Source of the DNA: Escherichia coli | Lineage (GTDB): Bacteria; Pseudomonadota; Gammaproteobacteria; Enterobacterales; Enterobacteriaceae | Assembly: GCF_009931435.1 (NCBI RefSeq) | Contig: NZ_CP043414.1 | DNA length: 64,000 nt | Reading direction: 5' to 3' (one strand) | In this document: one piece after another, positions 1-12,154 of the stretch | How the letters are laid out: every line of letters starts with the position of its first letter | Numbering within the stretch: the stretch's first letter is position 1 | Translations under genes and position numbers: made by a program | Notes under the pieces: generated by a model | Database searches by the model: none | Told to the model about the DNA's origin: nothing | Seen by the model: only the letters and a program-made list of their open reading frames with translations

Positions 1-952
<952 letters not shown>

Positions 953-1281
953 CTATTTGTTAGTGAATAAAAGGTTGCCTGTAAAATTACAAAAACCTTA
1001 CGCAGCGTCAAGCGGAATCGTGTCAATCATTGCGACAAATCAATCCTGTGCCTAAGCATTATGCGACTGACTCGCCTCACTCTTCCTTTGGGCTTGAGAC
1101 CACATGGGGTCGGCGCCCCGAATTTTAAAGGGCAATTACGATAAAAATGTGATTTTCATCACGATTTAGGTGCAGCCATTTCGTCGAGATCAAGTTTAGG
1201 ACAAAATTTTGCCAGTTGGTGTTAATGTTTTGTTAGAATCAGTCACGTAATGTGAGCACGATTAAAGTGAGATGTGAGCAA

Positions 1282-1695
1282 ATGGCTAATAAACCTTCGG
1301 CAGAAGAACTGAAAAAAAATTTGTCCGAGATGCAGTTCTACGTGACGCAGAATCATGGGACAGAGCCGCCATTTACGGGTCGTTTACTGCATAACAAGCG
1401 TGACGGCGTATATCACTGTTTGATCTGCGATGCCCCGCTGTTTCATTCCCAAACCAAGTATGATTCCGGCTGTGGCTGGCCCAGTTTCTACGAACCGGTG
1501 AGTGAAGAATCCATTCGTTATATCAAAGACTTGTCACATGGAATGCAGCGCATAGAAATTCGTTGCGGTAACTGTGATGCCCATCTGGGGCATGTCTTCC
1601 CCGACGGGCCACAGCCAACGGGTGAACGTTATTGTGTTAACTCAGCCTCTTTACGCTTTACCGATGGCGAAAACGGCGAAGAAATCAACGGTTGA
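1282..1695 (+). CDS. msrB: Peptide methionine sulfoxide reductase B
   Basis: ORF 1252-1695; internal Met gives 137 aa [12 protein letters not shown]..., CxxC zinc motifs. Confidence 0.93.
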
Positions 1696-1736
1696 AAAAA
1701 CGATTCAGCAACTTATTCCACAGGAGCGGAAAATTT

Positions 1737-2009
1737 ATGAATCTTGATGACATTATCAACAGCATGACGCCTGAGGTATACCAGCGTTTGTCGACAGCCG
1801 TTGAACTGGGTAAGTGGCCAGATGGCGTTGCGCTGACCGAGGAACAAAAAGAGAACTGCCTACAGCTGGTGATGCTGTGGCAAGCCCGCCATAATACCGA
1901 AGCACAGCATATGACAATTGACACACATGGTCAGATGGTTATGAAGAGCAAACAACAGTTAAAAGAAGATTTTGGTATCTCAGCAAAGCCTATTGCCATG
2001 TTTAAATGA
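1737..2009 (+). CDS. yeaC: DUF1315 family protein YeaC
   Basis: 90-aa product MNLDDIINSMTPEVYQRL...; GGAG-containing RBS upstream. Confidence 0.85.
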   Translation: MNLDDIINSMTPEVYQRLSTAVELGKWPDGVALTEEQKENCLQLVMLWQARHNTEAQHMTIDTHGQMVMKSKQQLKEDFGISAKPIAMFK

Positions 2010-2124
2010 TTGAATTATTCAGCTTTTTGAGTCTGTTATTAAGTGCGAACAAAAATACTTGTTTGACGTCTTGATTGTTCGATTTAGCGGTTGATAGGTT
2101 AAATGCAACACTGACGAGTATAAC

Positions 2125-2159
2125 CTGGCCTACGATGTCAATGAGGAAATGTAGGCCAG
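2125..2159. other. Perfect 9-bp inverted repeat (ctggcctac / gtaggccag) with 17-nt loop, between convergent yeaC and pncA
   Basis: Read directly from sequence; lies 19 bp past the pncA stop. Confidence 0.5.
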
Positions 2160-2177
2160 AGATGTATTCAACTAATA

Positions 2178-2819
2178 TTACTCCTGCGTCTCTTCCCAGT
2201 CTGCCAGCGTATATAGCGTTGCCCCAGCTGCTGACATCTCCATAAACGCGTGCGCACTGTCCTGTGGCTGGATATTCACGCCACGACAACCATCGGTAAT
2301 CACATTAACCTTATAACCTAACTGTAACGCGTCCAGCACGGTAAACTTCACGCAATAGTCAGTAGCCAGGCCCATAATGATCAATTCATCGATTTCATGA
2401 TCGCGTAACCAGTCATCGAGCGTGGTTTTCTGCCGACGGCCGTTATCAAAAAAGGCACTGTAACTGTCAACTAAAGGATTTTCGCCTTTATGGAACACCG
2501 CTGCGATCGCTTTTTGGTTCAGTAACGGATGTAATTGTGCGCCTTCACTGTTCTGCACACAGTGATCTGGCCAGAAGGTTTGTGGCAAACCGTCGAGTTG
2601 GCCTGGCGTATAAGGCTCTACACCGTGCTGACTGGCAAAACTGCCGTGATTCGCCGGGTGCCAGTCTTGACTGGCGATAACCGCTTCACCGCGCGACTGG
2701 CACCAGTCAATCAGGCGGTTAGCGACATCCACCGTACTGTCACCTTCCGGCACGGCGAGCGCGCCACCAGCACAGAAATCATTTTGTAAATCGACCAGTA
2801 ACAGGGCGCGAGGGGGCAT
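2178..2819 (-). CDS. pncA: Nicotinamidase / pyrazinamidase
   Basis: 213-aa product MPPRALLLVDLQNDFCAGG...; AGGAG RBS. Confidence 0.93.
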   Translation of the reverse strand: MPPRALLLVDLQNDFCAGGALAVPEGDSTVDVANRLIDWCQSRGEAVIASQDWHPANHGSFASQHGVEPYTPGQLDGLPQTFWPDHCVQNSEGAQLHPLLNQKAIAAVFHKGENPLVDSYSAFFDNGRRQKTTLDDWLRDHEIDELIIMGLATDYCVKFTVLDALQLGYKVNVITDGCRGVNIQPQDSAHAFMEMSAAGATLYTLADWEETQE

Positions 2820-2829
2820 TGCAGTCTCC

Positions 2830-3846
2830 TTAATCATCCGGCGTCAGTTCGCCGCGCAGGTTTTGGCTCATGGCCTTGCGAATGGTTTCAGTATCCAGTT
2901 CCTGGCTAAGCAGGTAATGCAGTTTGGTTAGCGTGGCTTCTACAGTCATATCTGCACCGCCAATAACGCCGGCATGGGCGAGGGCGTTACCAGTGGCATA
3001 ACCCCCCATGTTCACTTTGCCGGACATACATTGTGTCAGGTTGACTACCACAATTCCGCGATCGCTGGCTTCTTGTAATTCTTGCAGGAAGGCTTTGTTT
3101 TGTGGCGCATTACCCACGCCATATGAGCGCAGAATCAATGCCTTCACCGGTTGGCGCAGAAAATTGCGCACGACGTCAGCAGAAATCCCTGGATAAATCG
3201 TCACTACGCCAATCGGTTGTGGGGTGATTGGATGAACGATCAATTCCCCTTCACCGTGCGGGGCGGGTGGCGTATTCAAACGACGAATATGGATACCTGC
3301 TTCCAGTAACGGAGGAAGGTTTGGAGAGGCAAACGCATCAAAACCATCGGCATGGGCTTTGGTGGTACGGTTGCCACGATAAAGTCGATTATTAAAAAAG
3401 AGAGTTACTTCGTTGATAGGATAATTCGCCGCAACGTACAACGCATTCAGCAGATTAATTTGTCCGTCAGAGCGTAACTCAGCCAGCGGGATTTGTGACC
3501 CTGTCACAATGACCGGTTTACCGAGATTCTCGAGCATGAACGACAGCGCAGAGGCGGTATACGCCATCGTGTCGGTGCCGTGCAGAATGACAAAACCATC
3601 ATAGTCGTCATAATGCGCTTTAATATCTTCAGCAATATGCTGCCAGTCTTCTGGCGTCATATCTGAAGAGTCCATCAGCGGCGTATATTCATGAATGGTG
3701 AAATCTGGCATCTCCGGGCGATGGAATTCCGGCATCAGCGCCAGTTGGCGTTGTAGATGACCTGACACCGGAATATAACCCTGCTCGGAACGCTGCATCC
3801 CGATGGTCCCGCCCGTGTAGGCGACGTAAATTGATTTCTTTTGCAT
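2830..3846 (-). CDS. ansA: L-asparaginase I (cytoplasmic)
   Basis: 338-aa product MQKKSIYVAYTGGTIGMQ... Confidence 0.95.
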   Translation of the reverse strand: MQKKSIYVAYTGGTIGMQRSEQGYIPVSGHLQRQLALMPEFHRPEMPDFTIHEYTPLMDSSDMTPEDWQHIAEDIKAHYDDYDGFVILHGTDTMAYTASALSFMLENLGKPVIVTGSQIPLAELRSDGQINLLNALYVAANYPINEVTLFFNNRLYRGNRTTKAHADGFDAFASPNLPPLLEAGIHIRRLNTPPAPHGEGELIVHPITPQPIGVVTIYPGISADVVRNFLRQPVKALILRSYGVGNAPQNKAFLQELQEASDRGIVVVNLTQCMSGKVNMGGYATGNALAHAGVIGGADMTVEATLTKLHYLLSQELDTETIRKAMSQNLRGELTPDD

Positions 3847-3977
3847 GATATTGATATGAATGATATCGAAAGAGCAAAAGTATATACGTGAGGGGCAGCG
3901 AGCGCACCTGGATACTCTGTGGATATGAGAAAAGTCCGGCAGAACGGAGGGATTAGTGTCCCGCCGGAGAAAAGTGG

Positions 3978-4790
3978 TTAATCCTGCAACGCATAGGTTA
4001 CGGTGGTTACTACGCGTACCGTTTTATTAATCGCCGTAGGATCATCTTCATCACTGCCACTGGCGAAGATCTGGAACACGCCTTGTGAGGCATCGCTAAT
4101 TGACCCCACCTGGCTACCTGAGTCCGTTGCAAATTGTAATGCTGCGTTGCGTGCATCTTTGGTGGCGGCGGCAATCATCTCAGCGCGCAGTGCGCCAATA
4201 CCATTAAAGCGATAGGCGACTTTGCTCTCAGCGATAGCGCCCTCCGTAGCGACTTGCAGTTCGTTTAATTTCGCGACGACTTTTTCGACAGCAGCAACAT
4301 TATGGGTTTTTATCGTCACTGACCCGTCTGCGTTATAGCGTGGCATTGTGGGATCATCTTTCAGATAAAAGGAATCTGTTCGCTTGCTTGTCCATTGGCC
4401 CAGGGTTATCTCTTTCTCGTTAATCCCCTGAGCATTGAGTTCGGCAACAATTTTTTTCTGCGCGTCTTCCAGTTTCGGGAACAGTTCGCCGGGAATATTA
4501 CCCTTAAAGTTAATCGCAATTGTTAATTCTGCCGTATCTGCGCGAACTTCTTTTTCAGAAAGCCCACGCACATTTACATAACGGTTATTGGTTTTTAAAT
4601 GTTTAACACCATCGCCAACAAAATAACCACAGGCGCTAATCCCCAGTCCGAGGACGATAGCGGCAATTAAAGAGGGGGCCTTATTCACTGATGACTCCAT
4701 ATCAGATGCTAAATGAGCAAGGGAATGTAGTGGAGAGAGGGAGTGAAAGACAGTCCGATTCAGGAGTGTGGCCGACAGCATATCGGCCAC
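3978..4790 (-). CDS. SIMPL/DUF541-like putative lipoprotein (YggE-like); likely true start near 4701 (MESSVNK...)
   Basis: 270-aa ORF; hydrophobic leader with lipobox-like ISAC, then a fold pattern resembling the SIMPL family; no strong SD at either candidate start. Confidence 0.6.
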   Translation of the reverse strand: MADMLSATLLNRTVFHSLSPLHSLAHLASDMESSVNKAPSLIAAIVLGLGISACGYFVGDGVKHLKTNNRYVNVRGLSEKEVRADTAELTIAINFKGNIPGELFPKLEDAQKKIVAELNAQGINEKEITLGQWTSKRTDSFYLKDDPTMPRYNADGSVTIKTHNVAAVEKVVAKLNELQVATEGAIAESKVAYRFNGIGALRAEMIAAATKDARNAALQFATDSGSQVGSISDASQGVFQIFASGSDEDDPTAINKTVRVVTTVTYALQD

Positions 4791-4803
4791 ATTTTTGCAG
4801 GAT

Positions 4804-6660
4804 TTAACGCACGTTGGCGCAGGTCAGGCAAAACGCATAACGGTTTTGTGGGTCGTTAAACGCTGCCAGCTTGTCGCTTTCACTTTTAACGGTAGAGGCT
4901 ACCGAGGCCAGCGGTGCAGGTAACATGGCCTGGAACGCATCTGGCAACATTGCCCGGACAGAACCAGACATATTGTCCATCACTTTGTCGAAGAAGGTCG
5001 GTTCATCAACGTAGTATTCCAGATGCCACTGTTTCACTTTTGCCAGCTCTGCTGCTTTGGCAACCGCATCATCGAAATCTCCGAGACTATCGACCAGCCC
5101 GTTAGCTTTTGCATCCTGACCGGTCCAGACGTGGCCCTGGGCGATTTTATCAATCTGCTCCGGCGTCGAATGACGCGCATCAGCAACCAGCGTGATAAAG
5201 CGTTTATAGCCATTCTCAATGCTTAACTGCATCATCTGCTGCGCTTCCGGCGGCAGTGCCTTGGTGATAGAAACATCCGCCAGCGGTGAAGTTGAGACGC
5301 CATCGGTATGAACACCAATCGAATCCAAACTATTTTCTACGGTAGTGATCACGCCGAAGATACCGATAGAACCGGTCAGGGTGCTGGGGTTAGCCACAAT
5401 GTAATTAGCTGGCGTGGAAATCCAGTAACCACCAGATGCCGCCATGCCGCCCATCGATACAACCACAGGCTTACCCGCTGCCCTGGCGGCTGCCAGTTCA
5501 GCGCGAATCACTTCAGAGGCGGTAACGCTGCCGCCAGGGCTATTAACACGCAGAACAATCGCTTTCACTTTCGGGTCAAGGCGAGCGTCGCGGATTTGTG
5601 CCGCAGTGGTATCACCGCCAACATTCCCCTGAGTTTCCTCGCCATCCATAATTGCGCCATTCGCGAAGACGACACCGATGCTGTCACCGGTATCTGCCGG
5701 CGTTTTCAATGCGTAATCGTAATAACTGATGGCGCGATAATTTTTATCAGTCTTACTCCAGCCGAACTCTTTGGTCAGAGCTTTTTCGATTTCGGCACTT
5801 GATGCCAGTGCATCGACCAGCTTGTTTTCCAGCGCATATTTCGCGGTATCGCCACCTGTTTTGGTTAAACCCTCAAGCAACCCTTGCGCACCAGGGAATA
5901 CCTGCTGAGCAGGGATCTGCCGGTTAGCGGCAACAGTATTCAGATAGTTTTGCCACAGCTCACCGATCCAGCGGCTGTCAGCTTCGCGGGCTGCCGGTGA
6001 CATATCATCACGAATAAACGGTTCAACGGCAGATTTATACGTACCCACGCGGAACACATGGGTGGAGACTTTCAGCTTATCCAGTAACGATTTGTAGTAC
6101 AGACCGTTGGTAGCAAAACCGTGCAGATCCACCACGCCTTGTGGAGATAGCCAAATTTTGTTGGCGAAACTGGCGAGATAATATTGCCCCTGGCTGTAGT
6201 TCTCGCCTATGGCATAAACTGGCTTCCCGCTGTCACGAAACTCTTTCAGGGCTTTGCCGATGTACTGCATAGACGGCTGGTCGCCGCCTGCGAAGTTTTT
6301 CAGATCCATCACGATACCGGTGATATTGCGGTCGTCCTTCGCCTGGCGAATGGTGTTGACGATATCAAACAGTGAGTTTTCCTGCAGACGGTCGGAACTG
6401 GCACCAAGGAGCTGGCGGCTTAGCTTACTAAACCGCTGAGAACTGTCGGGTTTATCGACGATTACACCAGATATGTCCAGCAGCAGCGCGCCACGACTGG
6501 CCGTTTCTTTCGAATCACCACCTCTGACCTGCATCCAGATCCCCACACCAACCAGTACGAGAAAAATAAAGAACAGGTTAAGTACCATTTCACGGACGAA
6601 ATTCAGCAGACGCCACGTCCATTTAAAAAATCCGGCAATAAATCGCCAAAGGGTTCGCAT
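4804..6660 (-). CDS. sppA: Signal peptide peptidase A (protease IV)
   Basis: 618-aa product from internal Met [14 protein letters not shown]... Confidence 0.95.
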
Positions 6661-6820
6661 GTATTCTCCCAACTTAAGGTCACACCTGTCACAGGCGCAA
6701 TAGATGTGGTTATCGTAATGACCCAACCGGCACTTGTCAGCAGGAATTGCGGACTGTGCTGTAACAAAATCCACTCTCGTGTTAATTTTGTGAATAAATA
6801 TCATGACAGGAGTTAATCAA

Positions 6821-7372
6821 ATGGATGCACTCGAACTATTGATCAATCGCCGTAGCGCCTCCCGCCTGGCTGAACCTGCGCCAACGGGTGAACAACTGCA
6901 AAACATCCTGCGTGCGGGTATGCGTGCCCCGGACCATAAGTCCATGCAACCGTGGCATTTTTTTGTGATTGAAGGGGAAGGACGCGAGCGTTTCAGCGCA
7001 TTATTGGAACAGGGGGCGATTGCTGCCGGTAGTGATGACAAAGCTATCGACAAAGCGCGTAATGCGCCGTTCCGCGCACCGCTCATCATAACGGTGGTGG
7101 CAAAATGCGAAGAAAATCATAAAGTCCCGCGCTGGGAACAGGAAATGTCTGCGGGATGTGCGGTCATGGCGATGCAAATGGCAGCAGTTGCCCAGGGGTT
7201 TGGCGGTATCTGGCGCAGTGGCGCATTAACTGAAAGTCCGGTAGTGCGTGAAGCATTCGGTTGCCGTGAGCAGGATAAAATTGTCGGTTTTCTCTACCTT
7301 GGTACGCCGCAGTTGAAAGCATCTACGTCGATAAACGTCCCGGACCCGACGCCGTTTGTGACTTATTTCTGA
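6821..7372 (+). CDS. ydjA: Nitroreductase-family protein YdjA
   Basis: 183-aa product [16 protein letters not shown]...; divergent from sppA. Confidence 0.88.
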   Translation: MDALELLINRRSASRLAEPAPTGEQLQNILRAGMRAPDHKSMQPWHFFVIEGEGRERFSALLEQGAIAAGSDDKAIDKARNAPFRAPLIITVVAKCEENHKVPRWEQEMSAGCAVMAMQMAAVAQGFGGIWRSGALTESPVVREAFGCREQDKIVGFLYLGTPQLKASTSINVPDPTPFVTYF

Positions 7373-7488
7373 TAATTGTCGCGAAACTGTCTGGATTGTG
7401 AGCAAAGGCGCAGGAATTCAGACACTCTCACTTATCACTTCATGGAATGAGGGTTACCATACCCGGATTGCATTGACAGGAGATGTCC

Positions 7489-8532
7489 ATGAGCGAGAAC
7501 TCGATTCGTTTGACCCAATACAGCCACGGTGCAGGTTGCGGCTGTAAAATTTCCCCAAAAGTGTTGGAGACCATCCTGCACAGTGAGCAGGCGAAGTTTG
7601 TTGATCCGAATTTGCTTGTGGGTAATGAAACCCGCGACGATGCGGCGGTGTACGATCTGGGCAATGGCACCAGCGTTATCAGTACCACCGACTTCTTTAT
7701 GCCGATCGTTGATAATCCTTTCGATTTTGGCCGCATTGCGGCGACTAACGCCATCAGCGATATCTTCGCGATGGGTGGCAAACCGATTATGGCGATTGCG
7801 ATCCTCGGCTGGCCTATTAACAAACTTTCCCCTGAAATTGCCCGCGAAGTAACCGAAGGTGGACGCTATGCATGCCGTCAGGCGGGTATTGCGCTGGCTG
7901 GCGGTCACTCCATCGATGCGCCGGAGCCGATTTTTGGTCTGGCGGTAACGGGGATCGTACCGACCGAGCGGGTGAAGAAAAACAGTACTGCACAAGCCGG
8001 ATGCAAACTGTTCCTGACGAAACCGCTGGGAATTGGCGTTCTTACTACGGCTGAGAAAAAATCACTGCTGAAACCAGAACATCAGGGACTAGCGACGGAA
8101 GTGATGTGCCGGATGAATATTGCAGGCGCGTCCTTTGCCAACATCGAAGGCGTAAAAGCGATGACTGACGTGACTGGTTTTGGTCTGCTGGGGCATTTGA
8201 GCGAAATGTGTCAGGGTGCTGGTGTGCAGGCGCGAGTCGACTATGACGCGATCCCGAAACTGCCGGGGGTTGAAGAGTACATTAAGTTGGGCGCAGTGCC
8301 TGGCGGCACCGAACGTAACTTTGCCAGCTATGGGCATCTGATGGGTGAAATGCCGCGTGAAGTGCGCGATCTGCTGTGCGATCCGCAAACTTCTGGCGGT
8401 CTGCTGCTGGCGGTCATGCCGGAAGCAGAAAATGAGGTCAAAGCTACAGCCGCCGAGTTTGGCATTGAACTGACGGCGATTGGCGAACTGGTGCCAGCGC
8501 GCGGCGGTCGTGCCATGGTTGAGATCCGTTAA
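7489..8532 (+). CDS. selD: Selenide, water dikinase (selenophosphate synthetase)
   Basis: 347-aa product [23 protein letters not shown]... Confidence 0.95.
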
Positions 8533-8536
8533 TTCA

Positions 8537-10492
8537 ATGCGGTTGTTTATTGCCGAAAAACCGAGTCTGGCGCGCGCCATTGCTGATGTCCTGCCCAAAC
8601 CGCACCGGAAAGGCGATGGCTTTATCGAGTGCGGTAATGGCCAGGTGGTGACCTGGTGTATCGGTCACCTGCTTGAGCAGGCGCAGCCAGACGCCTACGA
8701 CAGTCGCTATGCGCGCTGGAACCTGGCCGATCTCCCCATTGTCCCGGAAAAGTGGCAATTACAGCCACGACCCTCCGTGACCAAACAACTTAATGTGATC
8801 AAACGCTTCCTGCATGAAGCCAGCGAAATCGTTCACGCCGGGGACCCGGATCGCGAAGGACAATTGCTGGTGGATGAAGTGCTGGACTACCTGCAACTGG
8901 CACCGGAAAAGCGCCAGCAGGTACAGCGTTGTTTGATAAACGACCTGAACCCGCAGGCGGTTGAGCGGGCGATCGATCGTCTTCGCTCCAATAGCGAGTT
9001 TGTACCACTGTGCGTTTCTGCGCTGGCGCGAGCACGAGCCGACTGGTTATACGGCATCAATATGACCCGCGCGTACACCATTCTCGGTCGTAATGCGGGT
9101 TATCAGGGCGTGCTTTCCGTGGGACGCGTGCAGACGCCCGTGCTCGGGCTGGTGGTGCGCCGCGATGAAGAAATTGAAAACTTCGTGGCTAAAGACTTCT
9201 TTGAAGTCAAAGCGCATATCGTGACACCTGCCGATGAGCGGTTTACCGCTATCTGGCAACCGAGCGAAGCGTGTGAACCGTACCAGGATGAAGAAGGGCG
9301 CTTGTTACATCGTCCGCTGGCGGAGCATGTAGTTAACCGCATTAGTGGTCAACCGGCTATTGTCACCAGCTATAACGATAAACGGGAATCAGAATCCGCG
9401 CCGCTGCCGTTTTCGCTTTCGGCGTTGCAGATTGAAGCGGCAAAACGCTTTGGTCTGAGCGCGCAGAATGTGCTTGATATTTGCCAGAAGCTGTACGAAA
9501 CGCACAAGCTAATCACTTATCCGCGTTCCGATTGTCGCTATTTGCCAGAAGAACATTTTGCCGGACGCCACGCGGTGATGAATGCTATCGGCGTCCATGC
9601 GCCGGATCTGTTGCCGCAACCAGTGGTAGATCCAGATATACGCAACCGCTGTTGGGATGACAAAAAGGTCGATGCGCACCACGCCATCATCCCGACCGCG
9701 AGGAGTTCTGCCATCAACCTGACGGAAAACGAGGCGAAGGTCTATAACCTGATTGCTCGTCAGTATTTGATGCAGTTCTGTCCGGACGCGGTGTTCCGCA
9801 AGTGTGTTATCGAACTGGAAATAGCCAAAGGCAAATTTGTCGCTAAAGCCCGTTTTCTAGCTGAAGCAGGCTGGCGCACGCTGTTAGGCAGCAAAGAGCG
9901 CGATGAAGAAAACGACGGCACGCCACTGCCTGTGGTGGCGAAAGGCGATGAGTTGCTGTGTGAAAAAGGTGAAGTGGTAGAGCGGCAAACCCAGCCGCCG
10001 CGCCATTTTACCGATGCAACACTGCTTTCGGCGATGACCGGGATCGCGCGCTTTGTGCAGGACAAAGATCTGAAAAAGATCCTTCGTGCCACCGATGGTC
10101 TGGGGACAGAAGCGACTCGCGCCGGGATTATTGAACTGCTGTTCAAGCGAGGCTTCCTGACCAAAAAAGGGCGCTATATCCACTCCACCGACGCCGGAAA
10201 AGCATTATTCCATTCGCTGCCAGAGATGGCGACGCGACCGGACATGACCGCGCACTGGGAATCGGTGCTGACGCAAATCAGCGAAAAGCAGTGTCGCTAT
10301 CAGGACTTTATGCAACCGTTGGTGGGGACGCTGTATCAGTTGATTGATCAGGCCAAACGTACGCCGGTGCGGCAGTTTCGCGGCATAGTGGCTCCAGATG
10401 GCGGAGAAGGAAATAAAAAGACTTCATCACGTAAGCGAGCAGCGAAAAAAAGCCCGCCATCAGCAGAGGCGGGCAGTGGAGTGATAATGTAA
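8537..10492 (+). CDS. topB: DNA topoisomerase III
   Basis: 651-aa product [19 protein letters not shown]... Confidence 0.95.
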   Translation: MRLFIAEKPSLARAIADVLPKPHRKGDGFIECGNGQVVTWCIGHLLEQAQPDAYDSRYARWNLADLPIVPEKWQLQPRPSVTKQLNVIKRFLHEASEIVHAGDPDREGQLLVDEVLDYLQLAPEKRQQVQRCLINDLNPQAVERAIDRLRSNSEFVPLCVSALARARADWLYGINMTRAYTILGRNAGYQGVLSVGRVQTPVLGLVVRRDEEIENFVAKDFFEVKAHIVTPADERFTAIWQPSEACEPYQDEEGRLLHRPLAEHVVNRISGQPAIVTSYNDKRESESAPLPFSLSALQIEAAKRFGLSAQNVLDICQKLYETHKLITYPRSDCRYLPEEHFAGRHAVMNAIGVHAPDLLPQPVVDPDIRNRCWDDKKVDAHHAIIPTARSSAINLTENEAKVYNLIARQYLMQFCPDAVFRKCVIELEIAKGKFVAKARFLAEAGWRTLLGSKERDEENDGTPLPVVAKGDELLCEKGEVVERQTQPPRHFTDATLLSAMTGIARFVQDKDLKKILRATDGLGTEATRAGIIELLFKRGFLTKKGRYIHSTDAGKALFHSLPEMATRPDMTAHWESVLTQISEKQCRYQDFMQPLVGTLYQLIDQAKRTPVRQFRGIVAPDGGEGNKKTSSRKRAAKKSPPSAEAGSGVIM

Positions 10493-10517
10493 TGCTCTGA
10501 TGCAGTCAGTTTTCGTA

Positions 10518-10548
10518 GGCCAGATAAGGCGTTCACGCCGCATCTGGC
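10518..10548. repeat. REP (repetitive extragenic palindrome) element
   Basis: ggccagataaggcgttcacgccgcatctggc matches the classic REP core; between convergent topB and gdhA. Confidence 0.6.
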
Positions 10549-10575
10549 ATAAACGCCTGAAACGGCGCTAATGAC

Positions 10576-11919
10576 TTAAATCACCCCCTGCGCCAGCATC
10601 GCATCGGCAACCTTCACAAAACCGGCAATGTTCGCGCCCTGCACGTAGTTGGTTTGCTCACCTTCACCACCATGCTCAACACAGGCATGGTGGATATCCA
10701 GCATGATGTGATGCAAACGTGCGTCAACTTTCTCGGCTTTCCAGCCCAGGCGCGCAGCGTTTTGCGCCATTTCCAGGCCGGATGTAGCTACGCCACCAGC
10801 ATTAGCCGCTTTACCCGGTGCAAACAGTACGCCTGCCTGCTGGAACAGTTCAGTCGCTTCGATGGTGGTCGGCATATTTGCCCCTTCGGCGACGGCTTTA
10901 ACGCCATTGGCGATAAGCTGATGCGCGGCGTCTACATCCAGTTCGTTCTGGGTGGCGCAAGGCAGGGCGATATCAACCGGTACAGACCACGGCTGTTGGC
11001 CTTCGAGATAGACCAGGCCAAATTCTTTGGCGTAATCTGCCACTCGACCATCGCGGCTGGCTTTGATTTCGATAAGACGTGCCAGTTTCTCTTTAGTGAA
11101 TCCGCTTTCATCAACGACAGTGCCACTGGAATCTGACGCAGTAATCACACGGGCACCAAATTCCATCGCTTTTTCGATAGCGTACTGAGCGACGTTGCCG
11201 GAGCCAGAAACGGAAACGCGCATCCCTTCAAAACCCATACCGTGGCGTTTTAGCATTGCTTCTGTGAAATAAACCAGACCGTAGCCGGTTGCTTCCGGGC
11301 GAATAAGACTGCCGCCAAAAGAAAGCCCCTTACCGGTGAAGACGCAGGCGGTATTGTTGGAGAGCTTTTTCATCATCCCCGCCATAAAGCCGACTTCACG
11401 ACCACCAACGCCGATATCACCTGCCGGAACGTCGGTATCCGCGCCCAGGTGGCGATACAGTTCAGTCATCAGGGCCTGGCAAAAACGCATCACTTCACCT
11501 TCGCTTTTTCCTTTCGGATCGAAATCGCTGCCACCTTTACCACCGCCCATCGGCAGGGTAGTCAGGGCATTTTTGAAGGTTTGCTCGAAGCCGAGAAATT
11601 TGAGAATGGAGAGGTTAACTGACGGATGGAAACGCATACCGCCTTTGTACGGGCCGATGGCGGAGCTGAACTGCACGCGCCATGCACGGTTGACCTGTAC
11701 CTGGTTGCGATCGTCAACCCATACCACGCGAAACTGGATCACGCGCTCCGGTTCAACCAGACGCTCCAGTAATGACATTTGGCGATATTTTGGATTTTGT
11801 TCAAGAAAAGGCCAGAGTGTGGTCATTACTTCACGAACGGCTTGCGCGAACTCGGTTTGATTCGGGTCGCGCTTTTGGACATGGTTGAGGAATGACTCCA
11901 GAGAATATGTCTGATCCAT
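10576..11919 (-). CDS. gdhA: NADP-specific glutamate dehydrogenase
   Basis: 447-aa product MDQTYSLESFLNHVQKRDP... Confidence 0.97.
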   Translation of the reverse strand: MDQTYSLESFLNHVQKRDPNQTEFAQAVREVMTTLWPFLEQNPKYRQMSLLERLVEPERVIQFRVVWVDDRNQVQVNRAWRVQFSSAIGPYKGGMRFHPSVNLSILKFLGFEQTFKNALTTLPMGGGKGGSDFDPKGKSEGEVMRFCQALMTELYRHLGADTDVPAGDIGVGGREVGFMAGMMKKLSNNTACVFTGKGLSFGGSLIRPEATGYGLVYFTEAMLKRHGMGFEGMRVSVSGSGNVAQYAIEKAMEFGARVITASDSSGTVVDESGFTKEKLARLIEIKASRDGRVADYAKEFGLVYLEGQQPWSVPVDIALPCATQNELDVDAAHQLIANGVKAVAEGANMPTTIEATELFQQAGVLFAPGKAANAGGVATSGLEMAQNAARLGWKAEKVDARLHHIMLDIHHACVEHGGEGEQTNYVQGANIAGFVKVADAMLAQGVI

Positions 11920-12154
11920 AGATATAAAACCCTTATATATTAATACGATTATGCTTATGTTGTTTATGTCATGTGCTTTTGCAGTTTTCGACTATACCAT
12001 CAAGAATGTGACGGTAAGCAAGAAAAAAATGACTCACGAAAGCAAATTAATAACGGGAGAAATCTCATAACCAAAAGCGATAACTCAGACGCTAAAGTTT
12101 TGCCGCCAGGCTACCGTTATCAGTAACAGAGACAAAAACGTTAAGGAGTTCCCT

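Noticed and set aside
1209-1239. Possible sigma-70 promoter (TTGCCA ... TAGAAT) upstream of msrB
   Set aside because: The spacer is 19 bp, longer than optimal; plausible but not well enough supported to list as a feature.
5308-5802. 164-aa ORF antisense to sppA
   Set aside because: Antisense shadow ORF.
8537-10492. topB product two residues shorter than the K-12 length I recall (651 versus 653)
   Set aside because: My memory of the reference length is uncertain and the C-terminal basic tail is naturally variable; not enough to call a lesion.
10654-11860. Two ORFs (160 and 174 aa) antisense within gdhA
   Set aside because: Antisense to a confidently identified gene; no RBS or domain support.
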